Shown one piece after another: positions 37,729 through 47,943 of a stretch of DNA of 64,000 nucleotides. How positions within the stretch are numbered: the first letter of the stretch is position 1; every line of letters begins with the position of its first letter. The position numbers and the translations under genes are program-made. Origin of the DNA: a virus. The DNA lies in the IMG/VR virus record IMGVR_UViG_3300023174_000090, positions 47,557-111,556 of that record; one strand, 5' to 3'. Under the pieces are notes generated by a model. The model ran no database searches, was not told the DNA's origin, and was given only the letters and a program-made list of their open reading frames with translations.

Positions 37729-37813
37729 AATTTATAATAACTATTTACCTTTTCACGTTATCCATTTTAAATATTTTTATTATAAATTTCAAATTATATT
37801 GTAATTATATAGT

Positions 37814-38236
37814 ATGAACGTATTTGATTATATTATTAAAAAATCCACAAATCACATAAAAGAAAACGCCACAAACACTTCCGTACAAAGAGCAGCAGAC
37901 GCAATAGAGAAGGCATTGAAAACCAGCGCAAATGTAAAAGCAGATCCGATTGCAAAGGATATATCCAAAACATTATTTAATACAGATGTGCAATCCGGTG
38001 AAAATCATTTGGGAAATGCTCTTAAAAAAATACAAGAGAATCCGGAAAATCCTAATTTATCAGATGTGGAATTAAAAAGCTTTTTAGATGTAGCTACAAA
38101 ACTCAATCCAGAAAAAAAGGAAGAAACCAAACCGGAAGGATCCACATATAAAACACAAACAACAACTACACAATCCGATCAAAAAACATCGCAACAACCA
38201 AATTCAACACAATATAACCCTTTAAATCAGCAGTAG
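37814..38236 (+). CDS. Hypothetical protein (possibly head-associated)
   Basis: Intact ORF; Q/T-rich tail; IKE near the N-terminus. Confidence 0.5.
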   Translation: MNVFDYIIKKSTNHIKENATNTSVQRAADAIEKALKTSANVKADPIAKDISKTLFNTDVQSGENHLGNALKKIQENPENPNLSDVELKSFLDVATKLNPEKKEETKPEGSTYKTQTTTTQSDQKTSQQPNSTQYNPLNQQ

Positions 38237-38257
38237 TGATTGTAAATAATTTAACAA

Positions 38258-38440
38258 ATGAATATTAATCCATCATATAATACTGTATCAAATAGACCAA
38301 TTGCATGTACCTTTTGTGGTGCTCATGTAAACGGACAAGTAAATCAAGTTAAAAATTCCAACACCCAAGAAGTCGAAAACATATGTAAATGGGTGTGCTC
38401 TCGGTGTGGAAACTTGGTAAAAGTCGGAAAAGTTTTATGA
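38258..38440 (+). CDS. Small zinc-ribbon protein
   Basis: CTFC...CSRC; TAAATA upstream. Confidence 0.6.
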   Translation: MNINPSYNTVSNRPIACTFCGAHVNGQVNQVKNSNTQEVENICKWVCSRCGNLVKVGKVL

Positions 38441-38883
38441 ATTTTAAGGAAACAATAGAAGAATCCTTAGATGGAGTATGGAATAATAGACAATATGGAG
38501 GTGCTAGTGAACTTCCTAGAAAAGATTATCAACCATACAGTTCTAGCAATGGGTATTCATTTCCTTATCAAAATGGAGCACCTCCAATATTCCCCCCGAC
38601 AACGCCACCACCAGATAATACACCATCACTTCCATGGCCTTTAGGAACGGTTACTGATGATTTAGCAGATGGTTTTGTATATACTTTAGCAGCATTTAAT
38701 AAAATGAAAATGTGTTTAAATGAAAATCCTTCGCTAAACTTTAAACAAAAAATTGCTATTAAAAAACTAATGAAGGCATGCGGAAAGGCTATTTATTTAA
38801 CAAGAAAAGTGGGAGAAAACATAGTTGCAGTTGCGAATTTAGCAGAAAATCCACCATCTCAAGTAGAAAGTAAAATATTTTAA
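38437..38883 (+). CDS. Hypothetical protein (Pro-rich)
   Basis: ATGA overlap with the previous stop gives the start MNFKETIEES. Confidence 0.55.
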   Translation: MNFKETIEESLDGVWNNRQYGGASELPRKDYQPYSSSNGYSFPYQNGAPPIFPPTTPPPDNTPSLPWPLGTVTDDLADGFVYTLAAFNKMKMCLNENPSLNFKQKIAIKKLMKACGKAIYLTRKVGENIVAVANLAENPPSQVESKIF

Positions 38884-38929
38884 TTTTATACTTTACATTT
38901 AAAACAATATATACTATTATATATTGCGT

Positions 38930-39364
38930 ATGATAATTAATAAAAACACAAAATTGCTTTTAAAATCTACAGCAATTGTTATTGTAACATCTACTTTAGC
39001 TTCATTATCCATTTGGATGTTTGGGGGAAATTTTTTAGCCAGTTTACTACTGTTTGTTAGTATTCAATATATTCTTTTCGGATTTATCGGAACTATTATA
39101 AACAACTATTTTCAGAATGTTACGAAACAAAAAGAGATTGATAAGCTAGAACAATTGTCCAGTATTCTTGAATGTGCATATTGTAAAACTCACAATATAA
39201 TAACTTTCCTTCCGGACGAAAATGAAAGAGTGGAATTTATTTGCGATGCTTGCAACAAGAAAAACTTTGTTAACATAAATTTCACCGTTGCCAGAATCAC
39301 AGAACCCGTAATTCTAAACAATCCGAACGGACCTTCCCTTTTAAATGCAAAAAATGAAAACTAA
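38930..39364 (+). CDS. Membrane protein (2 TM) with a C-terminal zinc finger
   Basis: Two hydrophobic helices followed by CAYC...CDAC. Confidence 0.6.
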   Translation: MIINKNTKLLLKSTAIVIVTSTLASLSIWMFGGNFLASLLLFVSIQYILFGFIGTIINNYFQNVTKQKEIDKLEQLSSILECAYCKTHNIITFLPDENERVEFICDACNKKNFVNINFTVARITEPVILNNPNGPSLLNAKNEN

Positions 39365-39629
39365 AAATACTATTGAATGGTGGGAAAAAACTCACAATGA
39401 AGCATCTATGTTATCTAAGTGGATGGCATTGTACGAGGCGGTTAATATCATATCCGATAAAGCAGAAGAACGAGGAGTATCACCGGAAAAAATTGTTTAT
39501 AAGCCAAAAGCTATAAAAGATTACATATCCTCCACAGAGGATATCATTCTTAATAAAATCTTGAGAAGCGATTATGGAATAGATGTTTGTTATTCCGAAG
39601 ATGATAATTTTGATGTGAATATTATTTAA
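39354..39629 (+). CDS. Hypothetical protein
   Basis: Intact ORF overlapping the previous gene. Confidence 0.5.
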   Translation: MKTKNTIEWWEKTHNEASMLSKWMALYEAVNIISDKAEERGVSPEKIVYKPKAIKDYISSTEDIILNKILRSDYGIDVCYSEDDNFDVNII

Positions 39630-40255
39630 AAATTTCCATATACGGAAGTATTATCACAAGGATTATCTTCTTCGTAATTAAAATTGTTTAAACTTACTTC
39701 GTTGGCTTTATTGTTATCATTTAGAGGATTATTGCCAACTCCGGGTCCGGGGCTTCCAATTTCATTGCTATAATCATATCTCTTACCTTTGAAAAACCAA
39801 ACATAGTGTCCTGCTATTGCATTCCCTTGAAATTCATCTATAACTTCTGTTAATTGATAAACAGTCGGTCCTCTTTTGGGATAATTTAAACGATCTATTC
39901 CAAATTCAGTAAGCATCATAAGATCTCCCGCCTTCGGTTCTGAAGACAATCCATAAATTGTAGTAAAATGATCTGGATGTATAACACCAGACATATCAGA
40001 ATCTGCTATTATGCCGAATTTAGAAAGTAATAGAGCATCGTTGTTTAAATTTAATAATACAACTAAAGGATTTCCGGTTGAAAATCCCGCAGTAGTTTCT
40101 TCTCCGTATAAGAAATTTGATGCAGATATCGTTGTTGTATTTGTATAATACGTAACTTCTTGTCCGAAAATATTAATCTGTTCTTTCCACCAATATTTAA
40201 AGTTTAACCTCTCCGCATAATTGGTTTGTTTGTTTAAATATCTTAAAGATTCCAT
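39626..40255 (-). CDS. gp14: Neck protein (gp14-like)
   Basis: EQINIFGQEVTYY, LYGEE, LLSKFGI and EPKAGDL match the T4 gp14 pattern. Confidence 0.7.
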   Translation of the reverse strand: MESLRYLNKQTNYAERLNFKYWWKEQINIFGQEVTYYTNTTTISASNFLYGEETTAGFSTGNPLVVLLNLNNDALLLSKFGIIADSDMSGVIHPDHFTTIYGLSSEPKAGDLMMLTEFGIDRLNYPKRGPTVYQLTEVIDEFQGNAIAGHYVWFFKGKRYDYSNEIGSPGPGVGNNPLNDNNKANEVSLNNFNYEEDNPCDNTSVYGNF

Positions 40256-40257
40256 AA

Positions 40258-40602
40258 TTATTTTCTAGATAGCTTAAATTTTTTCGAATTGAAATCATAT
40301 GATAATGATATACCAGTTCTATTTAAAGATTTTTTATAGTTTTTATCTGGGGTGTGTTTTATTCTATAAGTTTTTGCTAACCTAATTCCATCCGCATTGC
40401 TTATATTCCAATTACCTTTTTTGTCGTTTTTTACTATTCTGTTAACCAAAGGATCCTCTTTCATTCCATCCACACCATAGCATCTAGCTACTTGATTTTG
40501 ATGTTTTCTATCTATAGATCTGATTGGATTTTGATGATGAGTTCTTGTATTAGGAGTGAATCTTTCCTTAGAAGCATCAAAAAATTTTTTAAAAGTTTCC
40601 AT
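40258..40602 (-). CDS. Basic hypothetical protein (late promoter)
   Basis: TATAAATA at 40612-40619; N-terminus METFKKFF. Confidence 0.55.
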   Translation of the reverse strand: METFKKFFDASKERFTPNTRTHHQNPIRSIDRKHQNQVARCYGVDGMKEDPLVNRIVKNDKKGNWNISNADGIRLAKTYRIKHTPDKNYKKSLNRTGISLSYDFNSKKFKLSRK

Positions 40603-40628
40603 TGTTATTAATATTTATATCTAGAAAC

Positions 40629-40660
40629 GAAAAAATCCGGTATTTCCACCGGATTTTTTC
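40629..40660. terminator. Bidirectional intrinsic terminator
   Basis: GAAAAAATCCGGT-ATTTCC-ACCGGATTTTTTC perfect inverted repeat downstream of 40689..41540. Confidence 0.8.
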
Positions 40661-40688
40661 TTGTTTTTTTGATTATCGATTTGTATGA

Positions 40689-41540
40689 TTACTGATCGAA
40701 AAGTCCCTTATTAACTTTAACGCCTCCAACATTTTGTTTGGATTTATTTGTAAGAGTATTTGGATCACACTTGAAGGGTTCTGGTTTACCAGAGAATTTC
40801 TTACCCTTTACAACTTGAGCCTTTTTCTTGGAAACAGGAACAGCACCATTCACTTTATTTGACTTGCTATCCAATTTCTTTTTAAGCTTTTCTTGATCTA
40901 CAATGGCATGACCTTCAATTTCAGCATCGACAGATTCTTTAGAAAGAGGAGTTTCATCATCTTCCTCGTCGTATATATCAGTTTCATCGCCAGAAAATTC
41001 ATCGGTTTCCATGTCTTCATCAGAATCCATGTCCATATCTTCAGATTCTTCCGAATCACTTCCTAAATATGTTTCTAATGCAGCAACAGCAGATTTGAGA
41101 TGATCTAAAACAGCTTCCAAACCTTCAGGTTCTTCTGAAAGTTCGTCTTCCATATCATCTAATGAGTCGCCATCTTCATCAGATAGTTCAGCATCAAAAT
41201 CCAAATCATCACCTTCGGAGTCTTCAATTTCACCGGAGAAATCCAAGGTGTCGCCCTCTTCATCACCGAAAGCTTCTTCAGCTACAATCTTGTTGAAAAG
41301 CAGATCGAATGGGTTTTTAGATTCGCTCTTAACAGATTTAGGAAGAGCGTCTGAATCAAATTCAGAATGTGGACCTTTAGTAGGTTTTTCTAAGTTTTTT
41401 ATTGCTTCTGGACCAGAATCTTTAGAGAGTTTCTTGGCCTTTTCAGCACCATCAAGTTCTCCTGTGTTGTCAGCAGCAACAGAGGAATTTTTCTTCGTTT
41501 CTTCGTTTAATACCGATAGATATGATTTCATGAATGACAT
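40689..41540 (-). CDS. Highly acidic protein, putative prohead core/scaffold-associated
   Basis: Long D/E tracts, LNEE/VAEE/SKES possible protease sites, basic C-terminus, late promoter and its own terminator. Confidence 0.45.
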   Translation of the reverse strand: MSFMKSYLSVLNEETKKNSSVAADNTGELDGAEKAKKLSKDSGPEAIKNLEKPTKGPHSEFDSDALPKSVKSESKNPFDLLFNKIVAEEAFGDEEGDTLDFSGEIEDSEGDDLDFDAELSDEDGDSLDDMEDELSEEPEGLEAVLDHLKSAVAALETYLGSDSEESEDMDMDSDEDMETDEFSGDETDIYDEEDDETPLSKESVDAEIEGHAIVDQEKLKKKLDSKSNKVNGAVPVSKKKAQVVKGKKFSGKPEPFKCDPNTLTNKSKQNVGGVKVNKGLFDQ

Positions 41541-41591
41541 ATGTTTGTAAAAATATTTACTCCTTAGAAGTTACAATTCAATATATTTTTT

Positions 41592-42200
41592 TTACTCATA
41601 ATGAGGTTTTTCTTTTAATTGTTGAGATCCACTTTCCTTTTCAATAAAGATTTTTAATTTTCCATCTATTCCATTGATATGTTTATCATATAATCTGTTG
41701 GCAGCAGACTCTGCTTGTTCTTCATCATTAACTTGAATAGATTGTAATGGAGTATATTCAGTATACCACCAACCACCTTCTTCATGCCCTCCAAATTCCT
41801 TAACAATATCATATGCTGTTACGTATGCAGGAAAAGAAACCCCTTCATCTTCAGAATCTGCCATAAAGTCTATCATTATTACTTCTTGGCGTTCTGTATC
41901 ACTTTCCTTAACATTTGGATATCCCTGTCCATGTGGCATATTAGTAGAGCCTCTGGATAAGTCTTCATCATATTCTTCGGTTGCGATAACTTTATCTGAT
42001 GTTATTTTATTTCCAGATTTCTTGGCACTTTTTTTAACACCTTTTACAATCTCTTCCTCCTCTTTAGGTCCGAGGTGTTTTTTCTTTGCAACTGATTTTG
42101 CAACAGCCCAAGGATTGACCTTTTTTTTCGCTTCATTTATAGCGTTTTTATAAACTTCCTCATAAGCATTTTCTAGTAAAATTTGATCGTTCGTTCGCAT
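41592..42200 (-). CDS. Putative head-internal protein
   Basis: MRTNDQILLENAYEEVY...INEAKKKVNPWAV; several [ILV]xE sites; TAAATA upstream. Confidence 0.45.
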   Translation of the reverse strand: MRTNDQILLENAYEEVYKNAINEAKKKVNPWAVAKSVAKKKHLGPKEEEEIVKGVKKSAKKSGNKITSDKVIATEEYDEDLSRGSTNMPHGQGYPNVKESDTERQEVIMIDFMADSEDEGVSFPAYVTAYDIVKEFGGHEEGGWWYTEYTPLQSIQVNDEEQAESAANRLYDKHINGIDGKLKIFIEKESGSQQLKEKPHYE

Positions 42201-42201
42201 A

Positions 42202-43014
42202 TTAAATATATTTAGTGTCATTTAATATCAAATTACACTCCTTTTTAACATCAATACATTTTAAAATTTCATATGTAGAATTTATTTGATTAGGAAACCA
42301 TACGATATAACAATCATCTACTTTAAAATTTGTATTTTTTTCAAAAAGAAGAGAATACATGTTTAATTGTAAACTATATTTGTTAAATTCACATTTATCC
42401 AAATGATCAACGGGGCGAAGCATTTTCTCTCCATAAGAATTTTTCTTATCTATTTTTTTATTTGTTTTATAATCAAATATTACAAATTTTTTTGTTTTTT
42501 TATTGTAAGAAATATTATCTATAGTCCCTCCGATCATGAATTCTTTGTCTCCTATAACAAATTCAGATTTTATGAGAATGTGGTCTTGTTTCCACCAATC
42601 ATAAAAGTCTCTAAAACTTTTTATTATGATAGCCATTTCATTATAATATTCATTAATATCATACCTAGTATGCTTTTTATTGAATTCTTCAAAAGAAGAT
42701 TTGTCTATAGGCATTAATTTTCTTTCCAAGAAATTTTCAATATGTAAATGAAATTCAGAACCTTTATGACAAGAATATTCTTTCGCATCATTCCATTCAT
42801 TTAATAGCTGATATACATCTATTCCTCTTTTTTTGGCTATATTAGGAGCAATTTTATCAGAATTGAAAGGTTTTTCATATTTCGAAAGCAATCCAGATAC
42901 GGATATCTTAGCAGATTCTCCTGCAATTTTATATGAATGATCCTTATCAAAGAAGAAGACATCGGAAAATGCTTCTTGAATTTCTATTAATGTATCAAAA
43001 TTGGGAGTTAACAT
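42202..43014 (-). CDS. PD-(D/E)XK exonuclease (Cas4/RecB-like)
   Basis: HSY, SVS, GSEFH, E..., GTID, IFDYKT, YSLQLNMY. Confidence 0.85.
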   Translation of the reverse strand: MLTPNFDTLIEIQEAFSDVFFFDKDHSYKIAGESAKISVSGLLSKYEKPFNSDKIAPNIAKKRGIDVYQLLNEWNDAKEYSCHKGSEFHLHIENFLERKLMPIDKSSFEEFNKKHTRYDINEYYNEMAIIIKSFRDFYDWWKQDHILIKSEFVIGDKEFMIGGTIDNISYNKKTKKFVIFDYKTNKKIDKKNSYGEKMLRPVDHLDKCEFNKYSLQLNMYSLLFEKNTNFKVDDCYIVWFPNQINSTYEILKCIDVKKECNLILNDTKYI

Positions 43015-44249
43015 GATCCGAATCCTATTACTTTATTTTTTTTCATTTTTTTATCGATAAAATCTACCTTTGTTTGAAGATTATATATATCTGCAAGAGA
43101 CATATCAGATTTTATTTCATTTTCTATAAAATCTTCCGGATAATTTAAGCTGTTTGCAAGTAATTTGGCGTTTTCTTGATTGAGATTTTTAAATTCGTAA
43201 TCAATTTGAAGTCTTCCTTTTCGCATGAGAGCTTCATCAATATCATGTTTTGAACAATTATATGTTAAAATTATAGAAGTCTTCATAATATCACTCATAA
43301 TACCATCTGAGAGATTGAGAAGAGATGATACTGAAGAACTATTACCACCATCTTCTCGTTTCAAGATGATTTTTTCCGCATCTTCCAAAATTAAAACAGA
43401 ATTTGGCTTTCGCAACAAGTTTGAAAGACTGTTTGGATCCGTTGAAAAATATTCCAACATACTAGTTGGAATATAAATGAAATCCTTATCAATAGTATTT
43501 GCCAAATACTTAATATATGTAGTCTTACCAGTACCGGGAGAGCCATGAAACATATATAACCCATTACTTTTAGTATTGAGTCTATCTATAATAGTATCAT
43601 TAATATCCAAAAATTCCGAACCATAATTTAATTGCAGATCAATATTGGTATTAACTTCCAAATTAATCGGTTCAAAATCATATTCTCCATAGGGATTTCT
43701 TATAAAAATATGAACTCTTCCTCGTTTTTTATTCAAAATAAATGGTTTAAAATCTTCAAATGGAAATTTTTGAACAAAAACAGGAGCAACAAATAATATC
43801 GAAAAGATTTTTTCAATATTTTTATTATATCCCTTTTCCTCCAAATCTTCATCATCTGGTGTTTGATGCAATACCACAGGTGCTTGACTTAAACTGGTTG
43901 ATGCAATATTTTCATTGTCATCTGGTTGATTTTTCATCGAAATTCTAATATAGATGTCCTTATATGAAAACCAAAAACTGCCACCACGAATCCCATCTAT
44001 TGGGTTTTGAGTTATAAGATTTAATTTTCCAACGGATGTATATGAAATAAGTTGTGCATTCTTAAACAGAAACAGAAGAGCATCAATAGTAAATTCATCA
44101 TCGGAATAAAAATAGCCACCCGCAGTTTTGTATTGCTTTTCTATATACTTCCTAATAGGAAATTCATTGTCTGTTATGCTATTATAGAAAGATTCTTTGA
44201 AATTGAAAATTTCTGAATTTTTTTGATTTAATGTTGGTATTTCAAACAT
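43008..44249 (-). CDS. AAA+ ATPase
   Basis: GSPGTGKT, LILEDAE, LLNLSDG, IDEALMRKGRL. Promoter TTGATA-17-TATACT ends 6 nt before the ATG. Confidence 0.88.
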   Translation of the reverse strand: MFEIPTLNQKNSEIFNFKESFYNSITDNEFPIRKYIEKQYKTAGGYFYSDDEFTIDALLFLFKNAQLISYTSVGKLNLITQNPIDGIRGGSFWFSYKDIYIRISMKNQPDDNENIASTSLSQAPVVLHQTPDDEDLEEKGYNKNIEKIFSILFVAPVFVQKFPFEDFKPFILNKKRGRVHIFIRNPYGEYDFEPINLEVNTNIDLQLNYGSEFLDINDTIIDRLNTKSNGLYMFHGSPGTGKTTYIKYLANTIDKDFIYIPTSMLEYFSTDPNSLSNLLRKPNSVLILEDAEKIILKREDGGNSSSVSSLLNLSDGIMSDIMKTSIILTYNCSKHDIDEALMRKGRLQIDYEFKNLNQENAKLLANSLNYPEDFIENEIKSDMSLADIYNLQTKVDFIDKKMKKNKVIGFGSC

Positions 44250-44308
44250 AAAAATAGTATATCCTACTAAAAATAGAATATCAAGATTTTTTTTATATAA
44301 GTATTATA

Positions 44309-44692
44309 GTGAAAAAACTTAATAAATCACAAATTCATGATTTATATGAAAAGTGTATAAAACTTTTACAAAGAAAGCCTCCAGAGTTTTTAATTTTTCA
44401 AAAACTTGAAAACCTTTGTGGAGTATGTGTTTATGAAGATGATTTGATAATATTAGATCCGAGAAGAGATTTAATAAAAACAGCATATCATGAATGTGTA
44501 CATTATATTCATCCAGAATGGAGCGAATCACAAGTATTATATGCAGAAAGTAGACTTATGAATGTAATTTCAAATTTAGAAACTGCAAGATTTTTAAAGA
44601 TTCTTTCAAGTAAAATATATAAAGCAGAATTGATTAAAAATTTGGAGGACAGAAAAAACTTTGACGTATCCAAATTAAAAAACAATAAGTAA
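44309..44692 (+). CDS. Small zincin-like metallopeptidase (HEXXH)
   Basis: LCGVC...TAYHECVHY..P.WSE; GTG start 5 nt after TAAGTA. Confidence 0.6.
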   Translation: MKKLNKSQIHDLYEKCIKLLQRKPPEFLIFQKLENLCGVCVYEDDLIILDPRRDLIKTAYHECVHYIHPEWSESQVLYAESRLMNVISNLETARFLKILSSKIYKAELIKNLEDRKNFDVSKLKNNK

Positions 44693-44701
44693 TATAATAT
44701 A

Positions 44702-46816
44702 ATGAGTTATAATTTAACCAATCAAATATCCACCGCTCCCCTAAACTGCAACGTGGGATATAACAATTCGTGGATAAAAGTTGAAAACAATGCAGATAGA
44801 GAGCTATTTGCACAAGCATCCTATATAACTAACTTTTCCGATATAAATATTAGCTTATCTGCTAGTGATTTAGATATAGGATCTGTACACATACAAGACC
44901 CTGATACAGGACTAAAAGCAGATGTTGTTCCAGTCGGCATCGGAGTTGGAGCATTGAGGGTAGTAGGTGAAGATTTGAAATCAATCAAAGATGATGTCAC
45001 CATAGGTGATAAATTGGGAAATTTTACATCTGTTTATGCTCCCTTAAGCGCACTTAAAGTTTATAATACAAATCCAGTATCTTCTATAGAGGTAACAAAT
45101 ATTGTATCCGTAAACACATCTAATACCTTTCCGATATCCGGATCTATTACAGTTTTAAATCCTGTAACTGCTGTTAATATTTTAAATCCTGTTACATCAA
45201 TGAATGTGACTGTTGTTAATCCTGCCTCTGCTACTGCTTTAACTTCTTATGCTGATGGTTATCAATTAGATCAATCAGGAAGACTTAGAGTGGCATCAAT
45301 TGGTGAGCAATGGTGGTATACATCATCGGTTGATAAAGATGGTGATTTAAGATTTCAAGAAGCATTTACTGGTAATGGGCAAAGTATTTTTGTACAAAAT
45401 TATGCAGCAACTCTTATGACATCTGGTTCTGCTTCTAATGGAAGTGGTATTAGAATTAGTCGTAGAAGATTTCATGTTAGACCCGGTGTTGGATTGCAGT
45501 GGTTTAGTACGTGGAATTGGGATGGTAATGATGCAGGCGTTGTAAAAAGGTGTGGCTGGAACACAGCATTTAATGGAATGTTTTTTGAATTATCCGGTGG
45601 GGATATGAATGTTGTAGTTCGTAGAAGATTACCAGACGGGACATTAAACGAATCCAGAGTCCCTCGCAGTCAATTCAATGGAGATAAATTAGATGGATTG
45701 GGAGTATCGGGAGAAAATTGGAATCTTCCAGCCCTCTCCGCTTATACGACCAATACTTTAACACCAACGGTAACCGCAGTAGCAGTTCAAAATGCCTTAT
45801 CAGCCTTTAATGTTAGATATAAAACCACAACATCAGCTTCCGCAAGTGCATTTCAGATAGGATCAAAAGTAACAGTTCAAGGATTATTACCGATTACATT
45901 TAATGGTTGTGCTGTGGTCAAGGCATATGACACAGTAAACAACACTATAGATTTAACATATGCATTTAATCCGGGAACCTATATCTCCGGTGTAACAACT
46001 GGGTCTATTATTCAAAATGCTTTTCATGGAACTCATACATATTTCTTTGATATATTCGGGGGAAGAACAAACCGAGTAAGATTTGGTAAAGTAACAGATA
46101 ATGGAGAAATCATACTTCATATATTTAAATTTGATGGTCAATTTGGAGGTCCGTTTTCAAGTGCTCCATCTATGCCAATGAGGAAAGAAATTTATAATAC
46201 TCAAAATGTTAACCTTCAACCATCATTATCTCTCTTCGGTGCAGCTTTAAATATTGAAGCTGAAGCTGTTTTGAATCCTTGTTTTGCTACAGCGCATAAT
46301 AATAACTATCTCTTATTAGATTATAATACACCATCGGGTGGCGATCTTAAAGAATATCCTTTACTTGGTGTTGGATTAAGAGTGGGTGAACCGTATCAAA
46401 GAGGAGACTTACAAATTCAAAGCATTAATATGATTGACATTAGAAATATTGGCGGTTCAAATAATGGTGGTGCTATTTTCTGGAGATTGTTATTAAACCC
46501 CGTTTTATCAGGTTCGATACCAACACCTACTAATGTTGGCAAGTGTTCTAGGCACTGGGAATATACAGTAGCAGATCATACTACAAATGGTGTGAATTTA
46601 TCAGCAGGGGCAGCATCTCAAGGTATTGAACTTATGGCTGGCTATGTTGCATCAGTAGGAACTATAGATGTTAGAACGTCTTTAAATTTTTTAAATTTAG
46701 GTAGTAATATTGATTATTCAGATGCAGATAAAGTAGTATTAATGGTAAAACAATTATCTCCAGCAGCAAATGATGCTCAGGTAGTTGCGTCAATGAATAT
46801 AATTGAAGCTATTTAG
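44702..46816 (+). CDS. Putative virion structural protein (beta-rich)
   Basis: 704 aa rich in S/T/G/V/N; VLNPV repeats; late promoter TAAGTA upstream. Confidence 0.55.
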   Translation: MSYNLTNQISTAPLNCNVGYNNSWIKVENNADRELFAQASYITNFSDINISLSASDLDIGSVHIQDPDTGLKADVVPVGIGVGALRVVGEDLKSIKDDVTIGDKLGNFTSVYAPLSALKVYNTNPVSSIEVTNIVSVNTSNTFPISGSITVLNPVTAVNILNPVTSMNVTVVNPASATALTSYADGYQLDQSGRLRVASIGEQWWYTSSVDKDGDLRFQEAFTGNGQSIFVQNYAATLMTSGSASNGSGIRISRRRFHVRPGVGLQWFSTWNWDGNDAGVVKRCGWNTAFNGMFFELSGGDMNVVVRRRLPDGTLNESRVPRSQFNGDKLDGLGVSGENWNLPALSAYTTNTLTPTVTAVAVQNALSAFNVRYKTTTSASASAFQIGSKVTVQGLLPITFNGCAVVKAYDTVNNTIDLTYAFNPGTYISGVTTGSIIQNAFHGTHTYFFDIFGGRTNRVRFGKVTDNGEIILHIFKFDGQFGGPFSSAPSMPMRKEIYNTQNVNLQPSLSLFGAALNIEAEAVLNPCFATAHNNNYLLLDYNTPSGGDLKEYPLLGVGLRVGEPYQRGDLQIQSINMIDIRNIGGSNNGGAIFWRLLLNPVLSGSIPTPTNVGKCSRHWEYTVADHTTNGVNLSAGAASQGIELMAGYVASVGTIDVRTSLNFLNLGSNIDYSDADKVVLMVKQLSPAANDAQVVASMNIIEAI

Positions 46817-46968
46817 AAATATAAAATTACAATTAAAAAGAAGTCAGCAGATAGAATAAAATAAGCAATAGCTATCGCGCAGATAAAAATATATTTTCGG
46901 TGTAAAAAAAGATTGCCATACCATGGAAATATAGTATAATAGTTGACACTATTTATTAAATATATTGT

Positions 46969-47940
46969 ATGATATTCGAAGAACAAATCTCGCGCAAACC
47001 AAACAACTACCCTTGGACAGAAAAATTTATTGAAGCCATTTATGCTGGGTTTTGGACAGATAAAGAGTTTTCTTTTTCTTCTGATATTCAACAATTTAAA
47101 GTAAATTTAACCGATAAAGAACGCGAAATAATTATTAGAACATTGTCTGCTATCGGACAAATTGAGATCAGCGTCAAAACTTTTTGGGCAAAACTTGGGG
47201 AAAATCTACCGCATCCTTCTTTGTCAGACTTGGGTTATGCAATGGCAAATACAGAAGTAATCCATAATAATGCATATGAAAGACTGATTACTGTGTTAGG
47301 AATGGAAAATGTATTCGAAGAAAATCTAAAATTAGATTGGATTGAAGGAAGAGTAAAATATCTTAAAAAATATACACACAAATATTACAAAGATTCCAAG
47401 AAACAATATCTTTATGCTTTGATTCTTTTTACATTGTTTGTTGAAAACGTTTCATTGTTTTCTCAATTTTATGTTATCAACTGGTTCGCACGTTTTAAAA
47501 ATGTTCTTAAAGACACTGATCAACAAGTAAAATATACAAGAAACGAAGAACTTCTTCATGGTTTAATTGGTTCTAAAATCGTTAACACTATTAGAGAAGA
47601 ATATCCAGAATTGTTCGATAAAGAATTAGAAGAAAAAATTCTTAATGAGGCACAAGAAGCATTTAAAGCTGAATCTAAAATTGTGGACTGGATGATCAAT
47701 GGTATAAAAGAAAATGGTTTAGATGCTGATACTGTAAAAGAATTTATTAAAAATCGAATCAATATTTCGTTGGAACAAATCGGATACCCAAAAGTTTTTG
47801 ATATTGACAAAAATATTATTTCCTCTACAATGTGGTTCGAGGAAGAATTATTGGGTACTAACATGACAGATTTTTTCCATTCAAAACCAACTGGATATCA
47901 AAAGTTTACACAATCATTTTCAGAAGACGATTTATTTTAA
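46969..47940 (+). CDS. nrdB: Ribonucleotide reductase class I beta subunit (class Id-like)
   Basis: Metal ligands E66, E96, H99, E159, E194, H197; radical Y103; K70; C-terminal DFF..K.TGY. Confidence 0.95.
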   Translation: MIFEEQISRKPNNYPWTEKFIEAIYAGFWTDKEFSFSSDIQQFKVNLTDKEREIIIRTLSAIGQIEISVKTFWAKLGENLPHPSLSDLGYAMANTEVIHNNAYERLITVLGMENVFEENLKLDWIEGRVKYLKKYTHKYYKDSKKQYLYALILFTLFVENVSLFSQFYVINWFARFKNVLKDTDQQVKYTRNEELLHGLIGSKIVNTIREEYPELFDKELEEKILNEAQEAFKAESKIVDWMINGIKENGLDADTVKEFIKNRINISLEQIGYPKVFDIDKNIISSTMWFEEELLGTNMTDFFHSKPTGYQKFTQSFSEDDLF

Positions 47941-47943
47941 GGT

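Noticed and set aside
42202-43014. CRISPR-Cas system (Cas4-like nuclease)
   Set aside because: No repeat-spacer array or other cas genes were seen; stand-alone nucleases of this type are common in phages.
46813-47094. Minus-strand ORF with a hydrophobic C-terminus
   Set aside because: It overlaps the nrdB start and promoter and has no convincing start codon in the intergenic part; a tiny TM peptide cannot be fully excluded.
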